A stretch of DNA of 64,000 nucleotides from Asterias rubens (taxonomy: Eukaryota). A program made the translations under genes and the position numbers. Where the stretch lies: contig NC_047069.1 in NCBI RefSeq assembly GCF_902459465.1, positions 10,912,001 to 10,976,000 of the forward strand, written 5' to 3'. A model generated the notes under the pieces. That model had not been told where the DNA came from. It saw only the letters and a list, made by a program, of their open reading frames with translations, and did not search any database. Of the stretch, positions 52,425 to 64,000 are shown piece by piece (position 1 is the first letter of the stretch; each line of letters opens with the position of its first letter).

Positions 52425-55062
52425 ACCATTAGCCTAGCATGTGGTGTTAAACAATAATATGGCTGCCGCGAGACTACTCTATACGGTCTTGCGCATCAGC
52501 ACAGCCTCATCGCAAGATACAGCGGACTTGACAGGAATGAACTGTTTGGGCATCATATGGAAAACTCATGTCACTGTGTACGTTTATCCAACATCGAGGG
52601 TCGTGGGTTCGAATTCCACCCAAGTAATATGCCTGTGATATTTTTTCACAGGACTCGGGAAAGTACTGAGTACAGTGCTAACACACATCGGTTTATGCAA
52701 GTTTAACATCTATTATATCGTTGCGGTACCCGCTGCCAAAACATAGGATTCGAAACTGCCTCTAGCCATCGGGCATTCTCGGTAGTCTAGTTGGTAGGAC
52801 ACTGCTCTAGAATTGCAAGGGTCGTGGGTTCGAATCCAACCCGAGTTATCATGCGTGTGATAATTTGTCTGCTTAAGGAGCTCTATGAAATTAGGCCCTG
52901 GTCTTTCCCTTCTTCCTCCCGTCTTCATCCCTGTAAGACTATACAATTACAACTATCATTTGTCTTCAGTTTATGGCCTCATCACTTTTTCATTTGTTCT
53001 TTTAATTCATTGTTTTATTATAAATTTTGTTAGAGGTCTTAGCAGATTTTTTCGATCTGAGATGAAACCATATGACGTTTCCATAATTATTGTTGTTGTG
53101 GGTATTATTGTTAACTAAGACATGTCAAATATTATTTATGTTGTGGTGTAATTAAATAATTCATTATGTTTTCTTCGCCAGTGGAGGGTTTGGGTGGCGC
53201 AGCAGACATACCGTTTTACGTGTTAGCAAAAAAACAAAACATTTATGCTTGCCAAGAAACTGTTACAGCCAAACTGCCATGTCATACCGAACTAGTTTTG
53301 ACTGGTATCCTGCTATTATAAAATATTATTTTGGTTAGCAGAAAATGTGTAAAGAACATTTTCTTCGAGCAGCCCAGTGAACGGGTTTTCCCTTCATAGA
53401 TCATCATCCATGCAACACCGCGACCTTTAGCTTATTGGTTGGATGAATACGCAAGTACATGAGATCAAACCGTAGTCAATAGAAAAAAACTATTTCACAT
53501 TTTAAGGTCACGGCCACGATGGGCGTTTCACTATACATTGCTTGTGTGTATTGCGTATATCACGATGTCATTGATGTTGATCAAAACTACGAGAACTTCA
53601 GACGCAGTGTGGGGGATGGGGGATTTGGCTCATCTGTTTGCTGAACTATTTTAACAGGTAGGCCTTTGAAAAATTGTTTGGTTTATTCGGTTTGCATAAA
53701 TTAGGCCTTTACTGTCTTCAGAATTAATTATGCAGAAACGTTGGTAAAAACACATTATTTAGATTGGTTACAAAATGTTGGAAAACATTTAGGTGAGTGT
53801 TGTAGGCCTTTTATGCACTGCGCCTGATAGTCATACTTATTATTCACCAAGTTCTGCTATTAAAGCCATTGGACCCTTTCAGGACAGAAAAAACAAGTTC
53901 ACAGATTTACAAATAATTTACAGGGTTTACAGGGTTTACAGAAGGTAATGGTGAAAGACTTCTCTTGAAATATTAGCCCATGAAATGCTTTACTTTTTGA
54001 GAAAACGGTAACATAATATAAATTCTCGTTAGCGAGAATTACGGATTTATTTTAAACACATGTCATGACACGGCGAAACGCGCGGAAACAAGAGTGGGTT
54101 TACCCGTTATTTTCTCCCGACTCCGATGACCGATTGAGCCTAAATTTTCACAGGTTTGTTGTTTAATATATAAGTTGTGATACACGAAGTGTGGGACTTG
54201 GACAATAGTGTTTACCGAAAGTGTATGGTGAACAATCTACCCCAGTCTGCTAGACATGAAAATTAGTAATCTAATTGTGTATTGCGCATGTTTCTCAATA
54301 GCGTCACAACCATTAATTAACAAGTATGTTTTCTCTTTTTCGCTGATTTTCGTTCCATCCTTTTTGTTATTAGACGAGAGTTTTCCCACCAAATTTGTAT
54401 TGAATTCGGCATTCTAATCGGCAAAGGCGACCTTTGTGACTCGAATTCTTTTACGTGGCTGCCATTTTTTGGTGTTAACTCATTCCACCTCACTATCGGC
54501 CGAATATTAATGATCATAAGAGTTCGTTTCCCTTTTCTTGTTTTATCTAAAAGGGGAGGGCGGGTCCAGAGTGTAACTTATGTTTTAACTATTTTTTTGA
54601 TGTTAGAACTTTTCGCCATTTTAATCTCTGTCATGTTTTGTCTGTTTAAATTATATTATTGTGCTATTGTATCATTTAAAAGTTTTATCCATCGATCCTG
54701 TTGTTGGCGCTTGCGAAGATGTGGCTGAAAAAGGAAGAAAAATGAGTTGCATAGCGTAATGCACAAATTGTATGTTATACAAACACAGTGTTTAGTTTTC
54801 AACACAATTCTAAGCATAAGTTTTGTACCCACTATTCTCCACATGTTTGTAACCTAAAACATGTTTAGAGGGTTGTGTGTTTTTACTACAAACCAAGTAA
54901 GGCAGGTGTCAAAATGAAAAACATGTTTGTCATTTAAACATGTTTAAAAAGTGGGTATTCAAGAAATGTGTTTAAACTCTAAACACTGTTTTAACACCAT
55001 CATTATAATGATTTGTAATAAACATCAGATAATGTCTGTTTGTAGGTGCACCGTGAATAGTC

Positions 55063-56370
55063 ATGGAGACCGAGAATAACCACACACCCGAGACCGAAGC
55101 AGCCGCTAACTACTTCAGACGTGTTTTGGCCAGTGCACTGAACCCTCTTTTAGATCAGGTCGAATACCAAGATCGAGAATCTAAGTTTGACGACGTGAAG
55201 GAGTCTCTGAGAAACATCACAAAGTTATACAAAACGGCACTGAATCAAACCACGTCTGGCTCCCGATCTGACTGGAACGATGCGGGTAACCGTTGCGCTT
55301 ACGTGTTTGTGTATTTCATGCAGCACTGCCATCTAGTCCACTACTCGCTTCAACAAATCCAAGCTGATATCTCGAAAAATTGGCAAAATAAGAGTAGTCT
55401 GAACGTCTGCAGCATAGGTGGTGGTCCTGGATCGGATCTTGTTGGGCTGACCAGATTCCTTACGGACGCAGCTTTATTTCCACCCTCACTTACTTGTGTG
55501 GTTTTGGATCTGTACCCTAACTGGAAGCATACTTGGGGGTCAGTCTACGACCAACTGCCTGAAACATTTGACGTAACCTACCGTAAATGTGATCTTGTTA
55601 ACACGGCAGCGCTGCAAGATGACATTCTACGCTTTGTTGGAAAGGCCCACTTGCTGACTTTCGTGAAATCTTTCTCGGCAGTGGCTTCATTCTTACGGCA
55701 GGATCAAAGACGAGGTGACCGCCTTCGAGCTATTCTTCGCGCGTTGAAAGGGGGCACGTATGTACTGTACATTGACAATACACACTGGGACAAATCTTTC
55801 TTAAATAATTTCGCTTTACCCGCCGGTCTTAAAGTTGTGTTTGACCTTTGTGGCAAGCAAACTTTGCCATTTGGTCAACATTCACACACGATTAGAGAAT
55901 TCAGTCACCACCTTGATTTCAGACCAATGCGAAACTGCGATGTGACGATCTGGATTTTGTACAAAAATAAATCCGTTCGGAGCAATGTTCAGTCCACCGA
56001 GGCTTGCAGACAGGGTCGATTGCATTTACCCGTTCCCGCCCGCATGCCTTCCGCCCAATCTGTTCCAAATACAGGTAGTCTATCACAACATTTTGTACAG
56101 CCAAGAGCAGCTCCGAAATATCAGTCAACGGTAGATACTTCTTATAAGTACGCCTATCCGACACCAACTGTTCCAACACCAGCCACACCAACTGTTCGTC
56201 ATCATCAAGATCACACACCTCGGATAAATGAAGAGTACCAACCAACAAGGCCTTGCATGGCTCAGACAAGTGAAGATGCCAGAAAACAGACAAATTACCG
56301 AATTAGCGCTTGGAAGACATTTAAGCGTTGCTTTTGTTGTACTCGCACAGACGAGTTTGAGAATGAATAG
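55063..56370 (+). CDS. MT-8: methyltransferase-like protein, 435 aa, near-identical duplicate of MT-7
   Basis: Same protein as MT-7 except PCRAQ to PCMAQ in the tail. Confidence 0.85.
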   Translation: METENNHTPETEAAANYFRRVLASALNPLLDQVEYQDRESKFDDVKESLRNITKLYKTALNQTTSGSRSDWNDAGNRCAYVFVYFMQHCHLVHYSLQQIQADISKNWQNKSSLNVCSIGGGPGSDLVGLTRFLTDAALFPPSLTCVVLDLYPNWKHTWGSVYDQLPETFDVTYRKCDLVNTAALQDDILRFVGKAHLLTFVKSFSAVASFLRQDQRRGDRLRAILRALKGGTYVLYIDNTHWDKSFLNNFALPAGLKVVFDLCGKQTLPFGQHSHTIREFSHHLDFRPMRNCDVTIWILYKNKSVRSNVQSTEACRQGRLHLPVPARMPSAQSVPNTGSLSQHFVQPRAAPKYQSTVDTSYKYAYPTPTVPTPATPTVRHHQDHTPRINEEYQPTRPCMAQTSEDARKQTNYRISAWKTFKRCFCCTRTDEFENE

Positions 56371-56396
56371 ACCATTAGCCTAGCATGTGGTGTTAA

Positions 56397-56877
56397 ACAC
56401 CTACATGAGCGGAATGTTTTTCAACGGAAATGGTATTTTAACTTATTTATAATGCACTTTTTCACCATTTTAATGTAACTTCGATTTGTTTACATTTCTG
56501 GGTTTTTTCGTATTTATCGATTAAAAAATCAGGCCCCAACCTAAAAGTTTTAAAAAACTAAAACACTTCTGCCGTTGACGGCGAGGACAATGTAGTCATC
56601 TCTGGGAGTTTGCTTTGTTATACCTCCACGCTCCAACAAAGCGGCCTACAAATTGGAGCTCCCAACTATGACGTTTTTAGAGTGATTACGTAACGAGGCT
56701 TTTCGCAAATCTCTCAGAAAGGCACTGGATAAGGGCATTCAAAATGATTGTTTTTTTTGTTTACACAATTGAAATTATCTATTTATAGTCATATGACTCG
56801 ATTTCCTTATTAATTAAAAACATTTTAGGTGAAATTCAGCAAAGTTCACGGCTTGACATTTTCGTTCAAGCAGGTCT
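56397..56877. mobile_element. 481-bp TTAA-flanked insertion with degenerate TIR
   Basis: TTAA at 56393-56396 and 56878-56881; empty site gtggtgTTAAatag is present downstream of MT-6 and MT-9. Confidence 0.75.
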
Positions 56878-56881
56878 TTAA

Positions 56882-59800
56882 ATAGCTTGCTTATTGTGCA
56901 AATTGTCATCTTCTCGCGATCCACGTCCACTACAGCAAAAGATAAATGTGCGAATCAAAGGCATATCAACAAAAAACTTCTTCTGATTCGACATTTATAA
57001 CAAAATAGAATGGATCTGCCTGCCCTACAATAAGGGCTGAAGATAAACATTTTTATTATATTTTAAATTAAGTAAGAATCATAAATTGTTAGTTGTTTTC
57101 GATTTGCATGTCGGCTGGTCTCGTTTCAGCTGATATGAAAGATATTCAAATACCTTGTTTTCATCGTAAAGGCCTACAGGCCAAACAAAACGTTGCATAC
57201 ACAATAATACGATTGAAACGAAGGAGTAGAAAACAAACAACCTTTACAAGAAATGTTTTTTGTTGCACTTGCACATCAGAGAAAAACCCAGCCCCAGTAA
57301 TTCTCTCTGTGGGTGAAATAACGAATAACTAATTAGCTAGACTTGTGGACAATCCGTTAAACTGTCGTGTATCTAGAGACTTGTGGACAAGTCGTTATAA
57401 GGGCTGAAGCATTTTTGTTCAATTTTAAATTTAGTAAGAAACTTGTGTAAATATAGGCAAAATTGTTTATTATTTGTACGTCCGGTCTCTTAATAACTTT
57501 GTTTAAGCTGATGTGGTAAGGGAAGTTGTTTCCATGAACTCGTTACCTTGAAGATGATCCAATACTTCTTTGTTGCAATTCAGTATTGCACATCAGGAAC
57601 AAAAAAACAGCCACAATAATTCTGTCATGGGGGGGGGGACATAGTTAGCTGGCCTTGTGGACAAGCCAGTAAGTGCCTGCCGGCGGAGCGAGCGAAACGG
57701 CTCTCTTGTAACTATCTGTCAATAATATGGCTGCCGCGAGACTACTCTATACGGTCTTGCGCATCAGCACAGCCTCATCGCAAGATACAGAGGGCCGTTT
57801 ATATTATGGTAAAGCCTGCTAATGTTTTTTTTTATTGGCCATACTTGCATTTTTTAGCAACTGTTTCGAGATTGCGAATGTGTTTCTATAAGTGTTAGAA
57901 GATAGCCATTCATATTTTACCTATATCTAAAGATGTAACCCCTTATATAGAAACACAATGATGATTCTGAACAATAGTTCTAACGCAACACTCGTGCAAT
58001 TCGAAATGTTATTTGTAAATATTGACTCATAGATGTAATAAGCAGACTTTATTTTAAATCACACATAAATTTATAGTCGAAATCTATACGTGTAGCAACA
58101 CGTTTTAAAGAAAGTGTTTTTTATTATCAATTTAACCTTTGTTTTTTTAACCCAATGTACACTATTGGTAACTACTAAAAATAACTGTTAGCATAAAAAG
58201 CTGTTGAGAACATTGTCTTCAAAATAATGACAAGTACAATTTTTTTGCTTAACAATGCACCAATTTAATTAGACGTTCAATGCGCAGTTTTATTAGGATC
58301 TACAAACACAATAAATGATTATTACAAAATTAGTGAGCATTTTGAAAAACACATTAAAACTATAGCAACAATTTTGAGAACGTTTAATTATAAATTTAAG
58401 ATCAATATAGAACAATAAAAAATAAATGTGTGTTAACTAAGTAAGCCTTTGAAATAAATATTGTATTGTTATTTTTAGTGTGTTGTTCAATTCATATGTT
58501 GAATTATAGTACCACAGATATAACATTCTTTCTGTTATACTTCAGATTTGTTTGCACTCAGAAAAATCAACAAAATGTAATTAATCGACATTGAAAGTCA
58601 AAATCCTTTGTTACCAGGATGTGCATGTTGCTCAGAAATTGTTGCACTCAATCAACTTTCCCTACATTTTTCACACACAACACAACACAGATTTCAGACC
58701 AAAGAGGGCACGTATGTACTGTACATTGACAATACACACTGGGACAAATCTTTCTTAAATAATTTCGCTTTACCCGCCGGTCTTAAAGTTGTGTTTGACC
58801 TTTGTGGCAAGCAAACTTTGCCATTTGGTCAACATTCACACACGATTAGAGAATTCAGTCACCACCTTGATTTCAGACCAATGCGAAACTGCGATGTGAC
58901 GATCTGGATTTTGTACAAAAATAAATCCGTTCGGAGCAATGTTCAGTCCACCGAGGCTTGCAGACGAGGTCGATGGCATTTTATCTGCGCACAACCACCA
59001 AGTCAAGAGTTTAGACCCGTTCCCGCCCGCATGCCTCCCGCCCAATCTGTTCCAAATACAGGTAGTCTATCACAACATTTTGTACCGCAAAGAGCAGCTC
59101 CGAAATATCAGTCAACGGTAGATACTTCTTATAAGTACGCCTATCCGACACCAACTCACAGACCTCAGATAAATGAAGTGTACTCATCAATGTCACAGAC
59201 CTCAGATAAATGAAGTGTACTCATCATCAATATCACAGACCTCAGATAAATTAAGTGTACCGGCCAACAAGGCCTTGCAGGGCTCAGACAAGTGAAGATG
59301 CCAGGAATCAGACAAATTACCAAATTAGCGCTTGGAAGACATTTAAGCGTTGCTTTTGTTGTACTCGCACAGAGGACGGAGAGTTTGAGAATGAATAGAC
59401 CATTAGCCTAGCATGTGGTGTTAAATAGATTGCTTATTGTGCAAATTGTCATCTTCTCATGATCCACGTCCACTTTACATTGGATGCAAAAGGCATATCA
59501 ACTAAAAACTTCTTCTGATTCGACATTTTTAAGAAAATAGAATGGATCTGACTGTCCGTACAATTAGGGATGAATATAAACATTTTTATTCAATTTTAAA
59601 TTCAAGGCAGTGGACACTATTGGTAATTACTCAAAATAATTATTAGCATAAAACCTCACTTGGTAACGAGTAACGGGGAGCTGTTGATAGTATAAAATAT
59701 TGTGAGAAACGGCTCTCTCTGAAGTGACGTTGTTTTCGAGAAAGAAGTAATTTTCCATGAATTTGATTTCGAGACCTCAAGTTTAGAACTTGACCTCTCG

Positions 59801-61270
59801 AAATCAAGCATCAGAACGCACACAACTTCGTGTGACATGGGTGTTTTCTACTTTCATTATTATCTCGCAACTTCGATGACCGATTGAGAAAGTGTTCTTT
59901 ATTATCAATTTAACATCTGTTTTTAAACCCAATGTACACTTTTGGTAACTACTCAAAATAATTGTTGGCATAAACAACTGTTGATAGTACAAAACATTGT
60001 GAGAAACGGCTCCCTCGTCTCTGAAAACGTAGTTCTTGAGAAAGAAGTCTGAAAGCACACAAATTAATGTGTGTAAAATTGTGTTTTTTTCTTTCATTAT
60101 TCTCTTGTAACTTCGATGACCAATAATTGAGTCAAAATTTTCACAGATTTGTTTCTTTATGCCTATGTTGGGATACACCAAGTGGGAATATTGGTCTTTG
60201 ACAATTAGGTGTCCACAGTACGTATAATATTGTAAGACTATAGTGAAGAACAAAAACACACAGAGTTTGTTTTCAACAAAACCAAAGTGGTCTTAAAAAT
60301 AATGACAACTGTTTTGTTTAGAAATGCACAAATTTAATTAGACGTTCAATGCGCAGTTTTATTAAGATCTACAAACACCGACATGATTATTCTGAATTTA
60401 GTGATCATTTTTGATAAACACAGTAAAAGTATAGCAACATTTTTGAGAACGTTTATTCTAAATTTAAGATCAACATAGAAAAAAAAAATTGTGTGTTTAT
60501 TAAGTAAGCCTTTGGGATAAATATTTTACTGTTGTTATTGGTGTGTTGTTCACGATGTTGAATGTAGTACCACAGGCTATTTCAGATTTGTTTGCACTAA
60601 GAAAAAGAAAAAAACCATCGAAACTCAAAAACCCTTGTTACCAGGATGTGCATGTTGCTTAGAAATGTTTGTACTCAATCATTGAACTTTTCCTACATTT
60701 TTTACAGACATCACAGAACGTTGCTTTACACACAATATTACGATAACAAAAAGTGTGTATTATAACAAAGGAACAAGCCAAAAAACAACCTTGACAGTGG
60801 TGTTATTGCAGTATTGTTGTACCTTCAATATTGCACATAAAGGGAAAAACCCAGCCACAGTAGTTCTGTCTGAGGGGACATAATTAGCTAGACTTGTGGA
60901 CAAGCCGTTAATATGTCGTTGAATGTCGACTAGATAGCGCCCTCTTTCGGAATTCTCCGTCATTAGCCTACTGCGAGGTGGCGCCTGATATTATAGCTGA
61001 TAATTTGGGGAGAGTTTTGCGTGGCTGATGTTGATAAAATAACCACGATCTCTCAGACTTGAAATCTAGTGCTCTTGTTCTCAAAAATTGTCATATTTCG
61101 CTCTCAGAATCGTGGGTCCTTTTCCAAGTATGAGTCTTGCAAACTTCGGGGGGGGGGGGTAATTTTAGATGGATTGCTTAGCTCAAACGCAACGGTTAAA
61201 AAATTAATCGCCAAGAATTTAAAAGGAAGAAACGGCAGGGCCTTTGTCTCAAAATTTAAATAGAGATCTA
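56882..61270 (+). repeat. Older paralogous downstream blocks: 56882-58680 and 59400-61270 both match parts of 45240-48490
   Basis: Shared sequence such as atagcttgcttattgtgcaaattgtcatcttctc, agacttgtggacaa and gttaccaggatgtgcatgttgct, with many indels. Confidence 0.75.
58701..59398 (+). pseudogene. MT-9: 5'-truncated copy of the MT-6/7/8 type
   Basis: Homology begins abruptly at the (K)GGTYVLYIDN codons. There is no N-terminal half or motif I. The tail is disrupted by 37- and 40-bp tandem repeats (59157-59262) that introduce a stop. Confidence 0.85.
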
Positions 61271-62370
61271 GAGATCTAGGTTGAGAGACTTTTTCGGATT
61301 GTTGAATCCTCCTCCCCAGCCCATATTGATTTCAGTGGGTGCGTTCGATATAGCTTCCCTTGTCCCGATATGAGCTGACCCTCATTCAGCTCATAGTAGA
61401 CAGGCTCTTTTATTGACTTACGCTGGCTGGGTGGTCAGGGCACCATACCCACGAAAAACAGCAAGCTGTCATATCAATGGATGATGTCATCGTCAGCCAG
61501 TCATCGTGCAGGAAAACCATGAGGTTTAATGGTTGATTTTTTTTTCGTAGTGGGAGTTTTGGACTACCGGTGGAATCGCTGTATCTTGACTGGACTAGCT
61601 ACGACCCGGTCTCGCTTTTAACATTTCCGGGAAGAATATGAAATAATCTATCCATATATACTAATTGGGGACTGTTGCCGACATTCATAACGGGGAAATT
61701 TGCCGTGTTTTTGTGACTTGTTTTCTTTCTTTTTGAAGCCATTTTTACGTACAAGTTTCTCTTTTTAAAATTTGAGTTGCACCGATTTTTTCATACAAAT
61801 CGACAGATATGCTCTTCACTTCAATGTTCTCCTATATTATTTCTGTCAACACTTTTCAGATAAGGCCAAAAAAATACTGAATCTCAGAAGCCTTTTGGAC
61901 TAGTTATAAACCGAGGTCACGCATGAAAAACCACACCAACCCCTGCCGATAAAACCCTGCAAATAAGCTTATTATGGGTTGCGGGTAGACTGTAGGGCCC
62001 AGTCTACTGGCCACCGTGTTTTTGCGCCCTCTTGCGATGATAGTCGGAGTGATTGACCGATCGTACCTGGATCCGTTTTACGCTTAGGGCTCATGTTTTC
62101 CGGATTAGGGGAAGTTTCTCAGTCTTTCAACGCTTCCGGCTTCTTTTCCTTAGTGTGGCGAAGAATGAATGCGCTCCGATTCAAGATGTCTAACAAAGGC
62201 TTACTGAGTGCAGTTAATATTCTCAATGCACGATTGGGGAGAATTGCACATCATGTGAAACTCGATGTAACTTTTTTAACTGGCAAACCCAACCCCCTGC
62301 CACTTAGAGCAATGTCCCCATATGCCCCCTGCCCCTCCCACCTGAAAAGTCCTGTCATCTAATCGGCCAA

Positions 62371-63909
62371 TAGACCTTTATCATACTGCCTCAATCTTCG
62401 GCATAAAAAAAAAGGTTATGTTGGCGTAACCCGACCTACCCTAAAAAGACGGCCGACCCTGGGTATTTTTTATTTTTCCAAGGGAAGAAAATTAATGATT
62501 ACAATTTATTAAAGACATACAAATAAAATAAATGTCATCAAGAGTTTGTTGTGTGTAGCCGTGTTTTCTTTTGTTATCATGTATACTACCGTCTTAAAGC
62601 CATTGGACACCATCGGAACAGAAGAAAAAAGTTCACAGATTTTACAAAATACCTACAGAGTTTACAGAATGTAATGGTGAAAGACTTCCACAGAAATAAA
62701 TGTTGACTAGTTACATTCTACAATGAAGTTCATGTTCTCACTCCAAACAACATCAGTCAACTTCAAGTTAAACTACATCAACACTGTTTATGATAAACTC
62801 ACACGCTCATCTCATGAACTAAATTTTCTAATCCTCCAAACAAACAAGGACTGCTAGCGACAGACAATCTCTCTACCCACGCACCTTCCCCTAATGGAAC
62901 AAACTACCACCAGAAGCAAAACATTGCCCCAGATGTCCAGGTGCAAATTTAGCGATGCATGTGGTGGGACTGCACGTCAACAGCCACATCTTAGGCGATT
63001 TGTACAGTAAACTATCAAGATCAAGAAATATTATTCCATGAAACGCTTTGCTTTTTGAGAAGCATTAAAACAATTTTGTCAATTCTCGAATTACGGATTT
63101 ATTTTAAACAATGTCATGACTCTGCGAAACGTGCGGAAACAAGGTCGGGTTTTCCCGTTACTTTCTCCGACTGAGCCTAATTTTTCACAGGTTTGTTATG
63201 TTATATTTAAGTTGTGATACACCGTGGTGTGGGCCTTTGGAAAATGCTTTTTACAGAAAGTGTCCAATGGCTTTAAAGGAACACGCTGCATTGGATCGGA
63301 CGAGTTGGTCTTTAAAAAGCGTTTGTAACCGTTTGTTATAAAATGCATATGGTTGAAAAGATGTTTTAAAAGTAGAATACAATGATCCACACAAATTTGC
63401 CTCGAAATTGCGTGGTTTTCCTTTGACTTTGCGAACTAACACGGTCGGCCATTTATGGGAGTCAAACATTTGACTCCCATAAATGGCTGACCGTGTTAGT
63501 CGACGAGGTAAAAAGAAAACCGTGCAATTTCGAGGCATTTCGAGGTTTGTGTGGATCATTGTATTCTACTTTTGCAACTTCTTTCTACCCATATGCATTT
63601 TATAACAAACGGTTTCAAAGACCAACTCGACCGACCCAAGGCAACGTGTTCCTTTAAACAACTTAGAAAACATGTCATTTCCATTGCTCAGATGGGAAAA
63701 AAGAAAGAAACAAAAATCCCTACCTACCAACCCTATTTTGGGGGCCTGTTACGCCAACATAACATATTCTTTTTTATGCCTATGGTCATGTTCCTCGTGT
63801 CGATCATTTTGCAATTGGGAACCAGACTAGTTTGTTCTTCCAGCCTCGGTTTGGTAACATTGATATGAATAGGAGAAATTCAAGATGGCTGCACCATGAT
63901 AAAGATCTA
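62371..63909. mobile_element. Nested stack of non-autonomous DNA transposons
   Basis: Outer TIR tagacctttatcat / atgataaagatcta; inner about 32-bp TIR element 62400-63780; within it MITE-B (62598-63272, with an insert at about 62689-63024) and MITE-C (63277-63653). Confidence 0.7.
63277..63653. mobile_element. TTAA-flanked palindromic MITE family C; right-end fragment at about 31785-31862
   Basis: About 37-bp TIR aggaacacg(c/t)tgc.ttgg.tcgg.cgagttggtcttt; TTAA on both sides; internal arms also invert. Confidence 0.8.
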
Positions 63910-64000
63910 CAGGCCTAAAGAGATTGGTCTTGCTTGGGCTCAATTTGCGTAAGCCCGTAAGCACAAAAACTTGCTGTGCACAAACTCATCTTGCTTAGCC

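Larger units (their letters stand above)
48575..56398 (+). repeat. Near-identical ~3.9-kb tandem duplication (48575-52452 and 52522-56398) carrying MT-7 and MT-8
   Basis: Offset 3946-3947 bp; only scattered 1-3 bp differences seen. Confidence 0.9.

Noticed and set aside
59157-59262. CRISPR-like repeat array
   Set aside because: Eukaryotic context, contiguous units without unique spacers, derived from the MT tail.
62093-62362. 89-aa ORF in unique-looking sequence
   Set aside because: No recognisable domain or supporting splice structure; the reverse frames contain stops.

Overview
AT-rich eukaryotic (animal) DNA with GT-AG introns. The repeat style suggests an invertebrate deuterostome, probably a sea star; that assignment is inference, not proof. 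1-17.8 kb holds the last 14 exons of a TPR-repeat gene, most likely TTC6 (+ strand; its 5' end is outside the window). 20.0-21.7 kb holds a complete 3-exon ZCCHC10 gene (- strand), tail-to-tail with TTC6. 24-59.4 kb is the main feature: a tandem array of nine copies of an uncharacterised class I SAM-dependent methyltransferase-like family. Six copies are intact, one is a frameshifted pseudogene, one is 3'-truncated and one is 5'-truncated. Each intact copy is a single coding exon behind a 5'-UTR splice acceptor. The paralogues differ mainly in their C-terminal tails: none, PPxY plus tail-anchor, or Pro-rich plus Cys-string. The array shows recent turnover: a 3.0-kb duplicate inserted with an 87-bp flanking direct repeat, a 3.9-kb near-identical tandem duplication, apparent gene conversion and a templated junction. 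Introns and intergenic DNA are dense with TTAA-targeting MITEs, tRNA-derived SINEs, L2/CR1 3' fragments, a Helentron-like element and Penelope-type termini with minimal hammerhead ribozyme motifs. All alignments were done by eye; no database search was run.
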